Below, one piece after another: positions 1 through 10,502 of a stretch of 64,000 nucleotides of DNA. The position numbers and the translations under genes are program-made. Within the stretch, counting starts at the first letter, position 1; each line of letters starts with the position of its first letter. Under the pieces are notes generated by a model. It ran no database searches. It saw nothing but the letters and a program-made list of their open reading frames with translations, and was not told the origin of the DNA. Source of the DNA: Gemmatimonadota bacterium (GTDB lineage Bacteria; Gemmatimonadota; Gemmatimonadetes; Palauibacterales; Palauibacteraceae); NCBI GenBank assembly GCA_963666735.1, contig OY762926.1:2912001-2976000 (forward strand), in the 5' to 3' direction.

Positions 1-1644
1 TTCGTTAGGGCGGGGCAGCGCCAGGTCGCGGCGGCGTTCGTGCGCACGATCGAGGGGCCGTACGAGGACCGCCTGAAGACGCCCGGCTGGTCCTTCGTCG
101 GAGGCGAGGACTCCCAGGCGTGGGCGAACTACGGGATCACGGCGCTCCCCCACCTGAGCGAACTGATGATCACGGGTCCGCGGCGCACCTCGGGCCTCTC
201 CGAGACGGCGAGCCGGCGTAGGGTCTTCCACTGCCATCCGCAGCGGAGCGAGACCGTTGCGGGGGCGTTCGTTGCGGGGGCATCCGCGGCGGCGCGCAAG
301 GGGGCTCGGGTCTGCGCGGCGTCGATCGTGACGAGGCTCGCGCGCGAGGCGTACCGGCGGCCGGTGACGGAGGAGGATCTCGCCGGGCCCATGGCCTTCT
401 ACGATGAGGCATACGCTGACGCCGCGGCCGACAAGGGGTTCGAGATCGGGGTTCGGACCGCGCTGCAGGCAATCCTCGCCAACCCCTCCTTCATCTTCCG
501 TCTCGAGCAGGCGCCGCCCGGGGTCGCGCCGGGTGAGAGCTATCCGATCGCGGACGTGGACCTCGCGTCGCGCCTCTCGTTCTTCCTCTGGGCGGCGAGC
601 CCGGATGACGAACTGCTGACACTGGCCGCGGAGGGACGGCTCTCGGATCCGGCGGTCCTCGAGGCGCAGGTGCGCCGGATGCTGGCGGACCCCCGCGCGG
701 AGGCGCTCTCGACGCGCTTCGCCTCGCAGTGGCTGCGGCTCCAGGACGCGGAGGACAACCAGCCCGAGCCCTACCTCTATCCGGACTTCACGGGCCAGCT
801 TCGCGAGGACCTGGTCCGGGAGACGCAACTCCTCTTCGATCACCTGATTCGAGAGGACCGGAGCCTGCTCGAACTGTTCACGGCGGACTACACCTTCCTG
901 AACGAGCGCCTCGCGAGTCACTACGGGATCCCGGGCGTCGCGGGCCCCGAGTTCCGGCGGGTGAGCTATCCGGACGCCAGGCGCGGAGTGCTGGGGCACG
1001 GGAGCGTCCTGCTGCTCACGTCGATGTCCGCGCGCACGTCGCCGGTGCTGCGCGGGAAGTGGGTGATGGAGGTGCTCATGGGCACGCCGCCTCCGCCCCC
1101 GCCGCCCAACATCCCCGCCTTTGACGACACGGAATCCGCCCGGGGCGGGCGACTGCTGACGACGCGCGAACGGCTGGAGATGCACGCGGCCAACCCGACG
1201 TGCCGTTCGTGCCACCGGTTCATGGACCCGATCGGGCTCGCGCTCGACCGCTACGACGTGACGGGGCGGGTGCGGGTGCGCGAGAACGGCGTCGCCCTCG
1301 ACACGCGGGGGACCTTCTACGACGGGACCGGCGTGAGCACGCCGGCGGAACTCGTCGACGCCCTCATGAAGCGGCCGGTCCCGCTCGTCCGGAACTTCAC
1401 GGCGCACCTGCTCGCGTACGCGATCGGGCGCCGCGCGGAGTACTTCGACCAGCCCGGGATCCGGGCCATCGCGCGCGAGGCGGAAGCCAACGATTACCGG
1501 ATGTCCTCGTTCATCCTCGGCGTCGTGAACAGCGACCCCTTCCGGATGGCGCGTCCCGCGTCCGCCGTGGAGGAAGAGGGGGAATCGGACGACCGGATGA
1601 GAAGCCGAATGAGGAATCGAATGAGAAGCGGAGCGGGCTCATGA
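1..1644 (+). CDS. DUF1592/DUF1588-family (planctomycete cytochrome c-associated) protein, 5' end outside window
   Basis: Family-like motifs DLASRLSFFLW..PDDELL, LLELFTADYTFLNERLASHYG, RTSPVLRGKWV and heme-type CxxCH (CRSCH); lies directly upstream of a DUF1552 gene. Confidence 0.85.
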   Translation, partial: FVRAGQRQVAAAFVRTIEGPYEDRLKTPGWSFVGGEDSQAWANYGITALPHLSELMITGPRRTSGLSETASRRRVFHCHPQRSETVAGAFVAGASAAARKGARVCAASIVTRLAREAYRRPVTEEDLAGPMAFYDEAYADAAADKGFEIGVRTALQAILANPSFIFRLEQAPPGVAPGESYPIADVDLASRLSFFLWAASPDDELLTLAAEGRLSDPAVLEAQVRRMLADPRAEALSTRFASQWLRLQDAEDNQPEPYLYPDFTGQLREDLVRETQLLFDHLIREDRSLLELFTADYTFLNERLASHYGIPGVAGPEFRRVSYPDARRGVLGHGSVLLLTSMSARTSPVLRGKWVMEVLMGTPPPPPPPNIPAFDDTESARGGRLLTTRERLEMHAANPTCRSCHRFMDPIGLALDRYDVTGRVRVRENGVALDTRGTFYDGTGVSTPAELVDALMKRPVPLVRNFTAHLLAYAIGRRAEYFDQPGIRAIAREAEANDYRMSSFILGVVNSDPFRMARPASAVEEEGESDDRMRSRMRNRMRSGAGS

Positions 1645-3077
1645 ATTTCATCACCGGAACACACCTCTCGCGCCGCACCTTCCTGCGCGGGGCCGGCGCC
1701 AGCGTGGCGCTGCCCCTGCTCGACGCGATGGTCCCCGCCGGCCGGCTGTGGGCCGACCCGGCCAGGACGACCGGGGCGGCGGAATTCACGCGCCTGGTCT
1801 GCATCGAGGAGTCGATGGGCGCGGCGGGCTCGAGCGACTGGGGCGACGCCCGGCACCTGTTCGCGCCGGCGGCGACCGGGCGCGACTTCGAGCTGGTCGC
1901 GGACAGCCAGCTCAAGCCACTGGAGGCGTTCCGCGAGTACATGACGATCGTGAGCAACACGGACTGCCGCTCGGCGGAAGCGTTTCGGGCCGAGGAGATC
2001 GGCGGCGACCACGACCGGTCGACGGCGGTGTTCCTCACCCAGGCGCATCCGAAGCAGACGCAGGGGTCCGACATCTTCCTCGGCACCTCGCTGGACCAGT
2101 TGCATGCGAAGCGCTTCGGGCGGGAGACCGTGCTCCCGTCGCTCGAACTCTGCATCGAGGGGATCGATCGGGGCGGGGGCTGCGCGTACAACTACCATTG
2201 CGCGTACACGACGTCGCTCGCCTGGGCGTCGCCGAACCAGCCGCTGCCGGCCATCCGGGAGCCGCGCGTCGTGTTCGAACGCCTGTTCGGCGCCGGGGAC
2301 TCGGCCGAGGACCGGGCCGCGCGCCGCCGCACGGACCGCAGCATGATCGACTGGATCGCGACCGAGGTCGCTCGGCTCAGGAGGACTCTGGGCGCGGCGG
2401 ACCGGGTCGCGCTTGACGAGTACGTCGAGCACATCCGCGAGATCGAGCGCCGGATCCAGCTCGTCGAAGCGCGCAACGCGAGCGGGGAGGAGCGGGAGAT
2501 GCCGGAGGCGCCTTCCGGGGTCCCCGACTCCTTCGAGGAGCACATGCAGCTCATGTTCGACCTGCAGTTGCTCGCGCTGCAGACCGACCTCACGCGCGTC
2601 ATCACCTTCAAGACCGGCTTCGATCAGTCCAACCGGACCTTCCCGGCGAGCGGGACGACGAAGTCCGTTCACGGGGCCTCGCACCACGGCAACGTCCCCG
2701 AGGACATCATGGACTTCAACCGGATCAACACCTACCGGCTGGGCCAGGTCGCGTATTTCCTGGAGAAGCTGCGCGACACGGTGGAGGGCGATGCGTCGCT
2801 GCTCGACAAGACGGCGGTCGTGTGGGGGTCGCCGATGGCGGACGGGAACCTCCACAACCACCGGCGCGCACCGCTCCTGATCATGGGCGGGGCGAACGGG
2901 GCGCTCGAGGGCGGCGTCCATCTGCGGGCCCCCGACGGGACGCCGATGGCGAACGCCTTCGTGAGCCTCATGCGGAAGATCGGGCACCCGGAGATGGCCT
3001 CGTTCGGCGACAGCGATGGGCTCTTCCCGCTCGACTTCACGGGCGAGGCGGCCCCGGGCGGGAGCGCCGCGCGATGA
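1641..3077 (+). CDS. DUF1552 (HxxSHH) domain protein
   Basis: ATG at 1641 overlaps upstream stop (ATGA); N-terminus LSRRTFLRGAGASVALPLLDAM; HGASHH motif; PRVVFERLFG. Confidence 0.88.
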   Translation: MNFITGTHLSRRTFLRGAGASVALPLLDAMVPAGRLWADPARTTGAAEFTRLVCIEESMGAAGSSDWGDARHLFAPAATGRDFELVADSQLKPLEAFREYMTIVSNTDCRSAEAFRAEEIGGDHDRSTAVFLTQAHPKQTQGSDIFLGTSLDQLHAKRFGRETVLPSLELCIEGIDRGGGCAYNYHCAYTTSLAWASPNQPLPAIREPRVVFERLFGAGDSAEDRAARRRTDRSMIDWIATEVARLRRTLGAADRVALDEYVEHIREIERRIQLVEARNASGEEREMPEAPSGVPDSFEEHMQLMFDLQLLALQTDLTRVITFKTGFDQSNRTFPASGTTKSVHGASHHGNVPEDIMDFNRINTYRLGQVAYFLEKLRDTVEGDASLLDKTAVVWGSPMADGNLHNHRRAPLLIMGGANGALEGGVHLRAPDGTPMANAFVSLMRKIGHPEMASFGDSDGLFPLDFTGEAAPGGSAAR

Positions 3078-5056
3078 GGCACGGCCCGGCCTTCGTGCTC
3101 GCGGTTGCGGCCCTCCTGCCGGCGGGTTCGGCCGCGCAGGAGGGAGCGTCCGCCTCCAACGACCGGCTGATCGAGGCGGCGCGCGGCGGGGATGTGGACG
3201 TCGTGCGCGCGCTCGTGGGGAACGGCGCGGACGTGAACGCGGCGCGGGGCGACGGGATGACCGCGCTGCACTTCGCCGCCGAGGGCGGCCGCGCGGAGGT
3301 GGCCCGGGTGCTGATCGATGCGGGCGCGGCGGTCGACGCCGGGACGCGGATCGGCCGCTATGCGCCGCTGCACCTGGCCGCCCGCGGAGGGCACGGGCCC
3401 GTCGTCGCGCTCCTGCTCGAGGCCGGGGCCGGCGCGAACGCCGCGACGACGAACAGCGGCGTGACCGCGCTGCACCTCGCCGCCGCCGCCGTGGACGGCC
3501 GGTCCGCCGTGGCCGCGCTGCTCGACCACGGCGCCGATCCGAACGCCCGGGAGGGGTCGGCGGGGCAGACCCCCCTGATGTTCGCCGCCGCCGCGAACCG
3601 GCCGGCCGCCGTGGCCGCGCTGCTCGAAGCCGGCGCCGACCCCGCCATCACGACCGCCGTGGTCGAGGTCCTGCCCCGCCTGGCGCTGGACCGGGAGGCC
3701 AACCGCCGCATGCGGGACATGATCGGCGCGCCGGCCGAAACGTCCGGACCGTACGGGCCGGAGGCGGACCCCGACGCGGACCCCGACGCCGAGTGGCCGG
3801 GCGAGCCCGGCCCGGCCCGCGTCCAGGCCGCCATCCGCGCCCAGCGCGAGTTCCTCCGCTCGGGCTACGACGTCGGCGATGCCGGCGCGCACTCGCTCGG
3901 CCGCGTGGGCCCGGACTACCCGGGCGGCCCCGACCTCATCCGTCCCCCGTACCGCGAGGTGCTCGTCGGCCGGACCGGCGGGATGACCGCGCTGCTGCAC
4001 GCGGCCCGCGAGGGCCACATCGAAGCGGCCACGGCCCTCCTCGACGGCGGCGCGGACATCGACCGGGTGAGCGCGGACGCCACGAGCCCCCTCCTCATGG
4101 CGGCGCTCAACGGCCAGTTCGACCTCGCGCTCGTCCTCATTCAGCGCGGCGCCGACCCCGGCCTCGCCGCCTCGACGGACGGGGCCACGCCCCTGTTCGC
4201 CGTCCTCCAGACCCAGTGGGCCCCGAAGTCGAATTACCCGCAGCCTCGCGCGCAGGACCTGCAGGACGCCGGCCACATGGACGTGCTCCGCGCGCTGCTC
4301 GAGGCCGGGGCCGACCCCAACCCGCGCCTGAACACGCACCTGTGGTACTGGGAATACGGCCTCACGAAGATGGGGATCGACCTCACGGGGGCGACGCCGT
4401 TCTGGCGAGCGGCCTTCGCCCAGGACCTCGAGGCGATGAAGCTCCTCGTCGCACACGGAGCGGATCCGCACATCCCCACGCGCTGGCCCGAGGTCGGGAT
4501 GCGCGAGCGGCGGCAGCAGGATGGCCGGCAGCAGGAGGACTCTGCGCTGCCGTGGATTCCGGAGGGCGCGCCCAACGCCTGGCCGATCCACGCGGCGGCG
4601 GGTGGCGGCTACCTGGGGCTGGGCGCGTTCAGCGTTCGAAACCGACCCGATCAATTCATTCCCGCGGTGCAGTACCTCATCGAGGAACTCGGCGCGGACG
4701 TGAACCATCGCGATTCGTGGCTCTACACTCCGCTGCACTACGCGGCGTCTCGGGGAGACAACGAACTCATCGAGTATCTCGTGTCGCAGGGCGGGGACCC
4801 CACCGCGATCACCCGCCTCGGCCAGTCCACGGCCGACATGGCGCGCGGCGGCCGGGCCGGCTTCTTCACCCGCGTCCCGTACCCGGCGACGGTCGAACTG
4901 CTGACGAGCCTCGGCGCGACCCTCGAGTGCCTGCACACACATTTCCTGGATACCGGGGACTCCTGCCCCGGGGCAGGCATCAACGACCCGTGGGCGCCCG
5001 CCGCGACGGACGAGGAGGAGAAACGGTCCGACCGCGGCAAGCCGGGCTCGCGCTGA
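3074..5056 (+). CDS. Secreted ankyrin-repeat protein
   Basis: Signal peptide MRHGPAFVLAVAALL; many G-x-T-A/P-L-H-x-A-A ankyrin repeats; ATGA overlap with previous gene. Confidence 0.9.
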   Translation: MRHGPAFVLAVAALLPAGSAAQEGASASNDRLIEAARGGDVDVVRALVGNGADVNAARGDGMTALHFAAEGGRAEVARVLIDAGAAVDAGTRIGRYAPLHLAARGGHGPVVALLLEAGAGANAATTNSGVTALHLAAAAVDGRSAVAALLDHGADPNAREGSAGQTPLMFAAAANRPAAVAALLEAGADPAITTAVVEVLPRLALDREANRRMRDMIGAPAETSGPYGPEADPDADPDAEWPGEPGPARVQAAIRAQREFLRSGYDVGDAGAHSLGRVGPDYPGGPDLIRPPYREVLVGRTGGMTALLHAAREGHIEAATALLDGGADIDRVSADATSPLLMAALNGQFDLALVLIQRGADPGLAASTDGATPLFAVLQTQWAPKSNYPQPRAQDLQDAGHMDVLRALLEAGADPNPRLNTHLWYWEYGLTKMGIDLTGATPFWRAAFAQDLEAMKLLVAHGADPHIPTRWPEVGMRERRQQDGRQQEDSALPWIPEGAPNAWPIHAAAGGGYLGLGAFSVRNRPDQFIPAVQYLIEELGADVNHRDSWLYTPLHYAASRGDNELIEYLVSQGGDPTAITRLGQSTADMARGGRAGFFTRVPYPATVELLTSLGATLECLHTHFLDTGDSCPGAGINDPWAPAATDEEEKRSDRGKPGSR

Positions 5057-5077
5057 CCGCCAGCCCCAAGAGGAAGC

Positions 5078-6238
5078 ATGAAGACCCAACCACTTTGCCT
5101 GACCGTCATGCTCACCGCGTCCCTTGCCGTCTCGGGATGCGAAGCCGGCGACCGCGCCGCCGCCGCCACAATGGAGGGAGCGAACGGCGCGGTCGTGAAG
5201 GGGGGAGACGACCGCACCGGGCCGTACGATCCCGTCGCCGACTGGTGGAAAGCCGCCCCGGACCACGACGACGAATGGGGCTGGGGACAGGTGGCCGGCG
5301 TGGCGGTGGACCACGCGGACCGCATCATTGTCGTCACGCGCGGCGACTGGCCCGCCGACCGATCGGCCCCCCGCGAGGGCCGCCTGCGGCGCACGAACTA
5401 CGTCGTCGTCGCGAACGGGAACGGCGAGATCGTCGAACAGTGGGCGCAGTGGGACTCGATCTTCACGCTCCCGCACCAGGTGTACATCAGTCCCTACGAC
5501 CCCGACCGGCACGTGTGGGTCATCGACAGCGGCGGCGGAGAAGGGCACATGCAGGTCGTCAAGTTCACGAACGACGGCAGCGAGATCGCGATGCGCCTGG
5601 GCGAACGCGATCACCCGAAGACGCGCGAGGCCGCCCGCGCCCGATCCGACTGGGATCCCTACACGTACGGCTGGCCGTCGAAGCTCGCGTTCCTGCCGGA
5701 CGGGAGCTTTCTGTTGGCCGACGGGTACTGGAACTCGCGGATCATCAAGTATTCCGAGGACGGGGAGTTCATCACGCAGTGGGGCGGGCTCGGTGCCGGA
5801 CCGGGGCAATTCGACCTCCTGCACGGCCTCGCGGTGGACGAGGACCGGGTCTATGTGGCGGACCGGCAGAACGAACGCCTCCAGTTGTTCACGCATGACG
5901 GCGAGTTCATCGAGGAATGGCCGAACATCTTCGATCCCGTGAATATCTGGCTCGATGCGAACGGCGCCGTGTGGGTGCTGGACGCTACGCTGAACCGCGT
6001 CTTGAAGTACGGCCGCGACGGCGTCCTCCGGGATTACTGGGGCGCCTACGGCGCGGCGGGCACCATCGGGCGCGGGACATGGCCGGGCGGCCTCTCCCTC
6101 CCTCACCAGTTGGATATGGACGAGGACGGCAACCTGTATATTGCGTCCTACAGCGGCGGCTGGATCAACAAGTTCACCCCGAAGCCGGACGCGGACCCGG
6201 GCAGGCTACTGGGACCGCGGCTCCTGCTGACTCCCTGA
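5078..6238 (+). CDS. NHL-repeat beta-propeller lipoprotein (PAL-like)
   Basis: Lipobox-like LAVSGC; NHL repeats such as GPGQFDLLHGLAVDEDRVYVADRQNERLQLF. Confidence 0.8.
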   Translation: MKTQPLCLTVMLTASLAVSGCEAGDRAAAATMEGANGAVVKGGDDRTGPYDPVADWWKAAPDHDDEWGWGQVAGVAVDHADRIIVVTRGDWPADRSAPREGRLRRTNYVVVANGNGEIVEQWAQWDSIFTLPHQVYISPYDPDRHVWVIDSGGGEGHMQVVKFTNDGSEIAMRLGERDHPKTREAARARSDWDPYTYGWPSKLAFLPDGSFLLADGYWNSRIIKYSEDGEFITQWGGLGAGPGQFDLLHGLAVDEDRVYVADRQNERLQLFTHDGEFIEEWPNIFDPVNIWLDANGAVWVLDATLNRVLKYGRDGVLRDYWGAYGAAGTIGRGTWPGGLSLPHQLDMDEDGNLYIASYSGGWINKFTPKPDADPGRLLGPRLLLTP

Positions 6239-6250
6239 GACGCGAATCGA

Positions 6251-6292
6251 GCGATGAGGGCGAGGCGATGAAGGCGAGGCGATGAAGGCGAC
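6251..6292 (+). repeat. 3 x 14-bp tandem repeat GCGATGARGGCGAS spanning the start codon of the next gene
   Basis: Units at 6251, 6265 and 6279, each containing an ATG. Confidence 0.8.
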
Positions 6293-7598
6293 GAACGGGA
6301 CAACAGCGCGGGGCGTGCTCCCCACCCTTGCGTTTGTGGCTGTCGCGGTGGCCGCGTGCGGGGAAACCCCGGCCGGTCCGCCCGATCCGGATCCGCCCGA
6401 CCCCCCGCCTCCGCCTCCCGTCGCGGCGCAGATCGTCCCTTGCGAGGGCGGCTCGGCCGACGGGTTCCCGTGCGATCGCGTGGATCTCGTGGCGCACGTC
6501 CCGATGCGCGACCTGAGCCCGGGACGGACGCCCGCGGGACTCGCGAACGACTGGGCCGCGAACGACATCTGGGGGTGGACGGATCCGCAGACGGGCATCG
6601 AATATGCGCTGGTCGGACGTCACGACGGACTCGCCATCGTCGATCTCTCGACCCCGACCGAACCGCGTCCCATCGCCTTCATGGGCTCCCCGGCCTCGCA
6701 CACCATTTGGCGTGACATGAAGGTGTACGCGGATCACGCGTACGTCGTGGCCGAGATCACGGGGCACGGAGTGCAGGTGCTCGACCTCACCCGGCTTCGC
6801 GGACTGACGAAGTTCACGGAGCTGGGGGCCGACGCGCGCTACCGGGAGGTGAGCGCGGTCCACAACATTGCGATCAACGAGGAGACCGGCTTCGCCTACG
6901 CCGTCGGCAGCAACTCCGGCGGCGAAACGTGCGGCGGCGGGCTGCACATGATCGATCTTTCGGACCCGAAGAACCCGACGTTCGCGGGGTGTTACGCGGC
7001 CGAGGGGACCGGCTGGCTCGGCGCTGGCTACACGCACGATGTGCAGTGCGTCGCATACCGGGGTCCCGACGGCGACCACGCGGGCCGCGAGATCTGCATC
7101 GGCTCGAACGAGACCGCGGTCGTCATCTCGGATGTGACGGACAAGGAGAACCCGGTGACGGTGTCGACCGCCACCTACGCGGACCGCGGCTACGTCCACC
7201 AGGGATGGCTCAGCGAAGACCACCGGTACTTCTACCAGAACGACGAACTGGACGAGCGGAACAACCGGGTGGCGCGCACGCGCCTGCTCGTATGGGACGT
7301 CACCGACCTCGACGATCCGGTGCTCGTGAAGGAGCACCTGGGCCCCAGCGAGGCGGTCGATCACAACCTCTACGTCCACGAGGGGTTGATCTACCACTCG
7401 AATTACACGTTCGGGGTGCGCATCCTCGACATCTCGGACCCGGCGAATCCCATGGAGCGGGGCTACTTCGACACGGTGCCGGACCGTGATGACCAGACGT
7501 TCGACGGCTCCTGGTCGACCTACCCCTGGTTCAAGAGCGGCATCTTCGTCGCCTCGAGCTGGGACGAAGGCCTCTTCGTCCTGCGCCTCCAGCAATAG
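6282..7598 (+). CDS. Choice-of-anchor B family lipoprotein
   Basis: Lipobox VAACG, Pro-rich linker, then NDIWGWTDP, WRDMKVY, HNIAINEETG, YTHDVQCV, HQGWLSED, DHNLYV. Confidence 0.85.
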   Translation: MKATNGTTARGVLPTLAFVAVAVAACGETPAGPPDPDPPDPPPPPPVAAQIVPCEGGSADGFPCDRVDLVAHVPMRDLSPGRTPAGLANDWAANDIWGWTDPQTGIEYALVGRHDGLAIVDLSTPTEPRPIAFMGSPASHTIWRDMKVYADHAYVVAEITGHGVQVLDLTRLRGLTKFTELGADARYREVSAVHNIAINEETGFAYAVGSNSGGETCGGGLHMIDLSDPKNPTFAGCYAAEGTGWLGAGYTHDVQCVAYRGPDGDHAGREICIGSNETAVVISDVTDKENPVTVSTATYADRGYVHQGWLSEDHRYFYQNDELDERNNRVARTRLLVWDVTDLDDPVLVKEHLGPSEAVDHNLYVHEGLIYHSNYTFGVRILDISDPANPMERGYFDTVPDRDDQTFDGSWSTYPWFKSGIFVASSWDEGLFVLRLQQ

Positions 7599-7607
7599 CG
7601 GGGAGCG

Positions 7608-10502
7608 TTGACTCGAACCCTCCCCTCCCGTTTCCCGACGCTTGCCGCAATGGCCGCGCTCGCGGGTCTCACGCTCGTCCTTCCGTCCCCCGCTTCCGCC
7701 CAGGACCGACCACTCGTCACCCCTGAAGACTACGGCCGCTGGGAGCGGCTCGGCGGCGCGGAGTTTTCACCGTCCGGTGACTGGATCGCCTACGTCGTCA
7801 CCCGCGTGGACGAGAAGTCGGAACTGCGCGTGCGCAAGGTCGCAGAGGATTCCGTCCGGGTCTTCCCGTGGGGCTCGGCGCCGCGGTTCTCCCCCGGCGG
7901 GCGCTGGTTGACCTGGACCGTCGGTCTGCCGCCGGAAGCACGGGAACGGCTGGAAGAGAGCGACGAACCGATCCGTGAGAAGGCCTCGGTGCTGGACCTG
8001 CAAACCGGCGAGACGCGCGAGTTCGACGCGGTCTCCGAGCCGCGCTTCGACGCCTCCGGCAGGTTCCTGGCGCTGCGCGGCTACGCGCCGGACGAGCCTG
8101 CGGGCAAAGGCGCCGACGTCCGCATCGTCACGCTCGCCACGGGAACGGAGACCAGCTTCGGCAACGTGAGCGAGATGGCCTGGAGCTCGGCCGGATCCCT
8201 GCTCGCGCTCGCCATCGCGACCGGCGCCGATGTGGGCAACGGCGTGCAGGTGTACGACGCGGGTGCCGGTACGCTGCGTTCCGCCGACGCCTCCGGTTCC
8301 GCCTACCGGAGCCTGAGTTGGCGTGATGATTCCGCGGACCTGGCCGTCCTCCGCTCCCGCGACGACGCTGCCGCCGACGGCACGGCCTACGATGTTCTGG
8401 CCTGGCGCGACCTGGGCCGGCACGTCGAGACGCTGGTCCTCGGCGCGGGCACCGCCGGCCTCCCGGACACGCTCGAGGCCGTCCGGCACCGCGCCCCGGC
8501 CTGGTCGGACGACGGCCGCATGATCTCCCTGGGGCTGCGGCCGATCGAGCAGGACGCGGACGAAGATCCCGCCGACGATGCCGGCGACGGCGCGGAGGAC
8601 GAGCCGGGAGCCGCCCCGTCCGACGACCCGGAGAACGCGGACCCGGAGGGTGAGGACGCCACGTCCGGCGACTCCGAACCCGACCTTCCGGACCTGCAAA
8701 TCTGGCATACCGGGGATGTCCGCCTCTTCCCGGAGCAGCGGGTCTCGGAGGGCCGCGACGACTCCCGGTCGCTGTTGGCCGTCTGGCACCTCGACGAGGG
8801 CCGCGCCGTCGTCCTCGGGTCCGACCTCATGGGCTCCGCTCAACTCCTGCACGGCTGGGAGTACGCGCTGGAGGACATCGACGCGCCCTACCCGTGGGGC
8901 GCGATGTTCGGCCGTCCGTACCACGATGTGCGGGCCATCGACGCGGACACCGGCGAGCGCCGTCAACTCCTCACCCGCGTGCGCTACGAGTGGCCGAGCG
9001 CGGGCGGCGACTGGCTGATTTCGTGGGACGGCTCCGCCTATCACAGCCTCCACATCGCCACGGGTGCTACGCATGACCTCACGTCAGCGTTGGCCGCCGG
9101 CTTCGCCGACACCGAGTACGACACGCCCACGGACGTCATCCCCCCGCACGGTTTCGGTCCCGGCGGCTGGCTCGAGGGCGACGGCGCGGTCCTGCTCTAC
9201 GACGAACACGACGTGTGGCGCGTGGCGCCCGACGGCTCGGGCGGCGAGCGGCTCACGCGCGGCGCGGAGACGGGGATCACGCACCGGCTGACCCGCGTGA
9301 CGGACGACGACGATGAGCCCGGTCTCGACCCCGGCTCGCGCCCCTACCTGTCCCTCTACAACGAGAAGACGGAAGAGCGCGGCTACGCCCGCTTCACGAC
9401 CGGCTGGGCCGCCGAGCGCGGCCGGGACCTGGCCGAGACCCTGATCCTGGAAGACGCCTACGTGCGCGGCCTCGAACGCGCCGACAGCGCCGACATCCTG
9501 TTCTACCGGGCCGAGCGCTTCGACGACCCGCCGGACTACTTCGCGGCCGGGCCCGGCCTCGACGACCCCGCGCGGGTGACCGCGATCAGCCCCTTCATCG
9601 ACGAGGTGGCGTGGGGCCGGGCGGAACTGGTCGACTTCGTGAGCGAGTCGGGCCGCGACCTCCAGTTCGTCCTCCTCCTTCCAGCGAACTACGAGGAGGG
9701 CCGCGCGGTCCCCACGATCGTGTACACCTACGAGATCCTCTCCCCGCAGATGCACCTCTTCGAGGTCCCCAGCGAGCGGGACTACTACAACTACACGGCC
9801 TGGACCCAGCACGGGTACGCGGTGCTGCTTCCCGACATCGTGTACCGGGCGCGGGATCCGGGGGTGAGCGCGCTGGAGTCCGTGCGCGCGGCGGTGGCGA
9901 AGGCCGTCGAGATGGGGGTGACGGACCCCGACGCGGCCGGCCTCATCGGGCACTCCTGGGGCGGCTACCAGGCGACGTTCCTGCCCACCCGGACCGACAT
10001 CTTCGCGGCTTCCGTGGCCGGCGCGCCGCTCACCGACTTCGTGAGCTTCATGGGCCAGTTGCACTGGAACCCGGGCATCGCCGAACTGAGCCACTGGGAG
10101 ACCGGCCAGGCGCGCATGGAGGTGCCGTTCTGGGAGGACCCGGAGGCGCACCGCCGGAATTCGCCCATCCACGAGGTCCACCGCATGGAGACGCCGCTGC
10201 TGATGGCCTTCGGCGACGAGGATGGCGTGGTGGACTGGGACCAGGGGACCGAGTTCTTCAACTTCGCCCGCCGCGCCGGAAAGCAGATGGTGCTCCTGGT
10301 CTACGAGGGGGAGGACCACGGTTTCCGCGACGAGGCGAACCAGAAGGACTACCACCGCCGCATCCTCGAGTGGTTCGGGCACTACCTGAAGGGCGAGCCG
10401 GCGCCGGCGTGGATTACGGACGGCGTGCCGCTGCATGGGCTGGAAGAGGAGAAGAAGCGGGTGGCCGGGACCGGTACGGAATGCGGTAGCAGGGATTTCT
10501 GA
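7608..10502 (+). CDS. S9 prolyl oligopeptidase family serine peptidase
   Basis: Signal peptide, propeller region, GHSWGG nucleophile elbow, Asp in EDGVVD, His in EDHG. Confidence 0.9.
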   Translation: MTRTLPSRFPTLAAMAALAGLTLVLPSPASAQDRPLVTPEDYGRWERLGGAEFSPSGDWIAYVVTRVDEKSELRVRKVAEDSVRVFPWGSAPRFSPGGRWLTWTVGLPPEARERLEESDEPIREKASVLDLQTGETREFDAVSEPRFDASGRFLALRGYAPDEPAGKGADVRIVTLATGTETSFGNVSEMAWSSAGSLLALAIATGADVGNGVQVYDAGAGTLRSADASGSAYRSLSWRDDSADLAVLRSRDDAAADGTAYDVLAWRDLGRHVETLVLGAGTAGLPDTLEAVRHRAPAWSDDGRMISLGLRPIEQDADEDPADDAGDGAEDEPGAAPSDDPENADPEGEDATSGDSEPDLPDLQIWHTGDVRLFPEQRVSEGRDDSRSLLAVWHLDEGRAVVLGSDLMGSAQLLHGWEYALEDIDAPYPWGAMFGRPYHDVRAIDADTGERRQLLTRVRYEWPSAGGDWLISWDGSAYHSLHIATGATHDLTSALAAGFADTEYDTPTDVIPPHGFGPGGWLEGDGAVLLYDEHDVWRVAPDGSGGERLTRGAETGITHRLTRVTDDDDEPGLDPGSRPYLSLYNEKTEERGYARFTTGWAAERGRDLAETLILEDAYVRGLERADSADILFYRAERFDDPPDYFAAGPGLDDPARVTAISPFIDEVAWGRAELVDFVSESGRDLQFVLLLPANYEEGRAVPTIVYTYEILSPQMHLFEVPSERDYYNYTAWTQHGYAVLLPDIVYRARDPGVSALESVRAAVAKAVEMGVTDPDAAGLIGHSWGGYQATFLPTRTDIFAASVAGAPLTDFVSFMGQLHWNPGIAELSHWETGQARMEVPFWEDPEAHRRNSPIHEVHRMETPLLMAFGDEDGVVDWDQGTEFFNFARRAGKQMVLLVYEGEDHGFRDEANQKDYHRRILEWFGHYLKGEPAPAWITDGVPLHGLEEEKKRVAGTGTECGSRDF

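Noticed and set aside
2732..6106. 1124-aa minus-strand ORF and similar long antisense ORFs (e.g. 9084-11765, 1494-2987)
   Set aside because: Shadow frames of well-supported plus-strand genes in high-GC DNA; no motifs.
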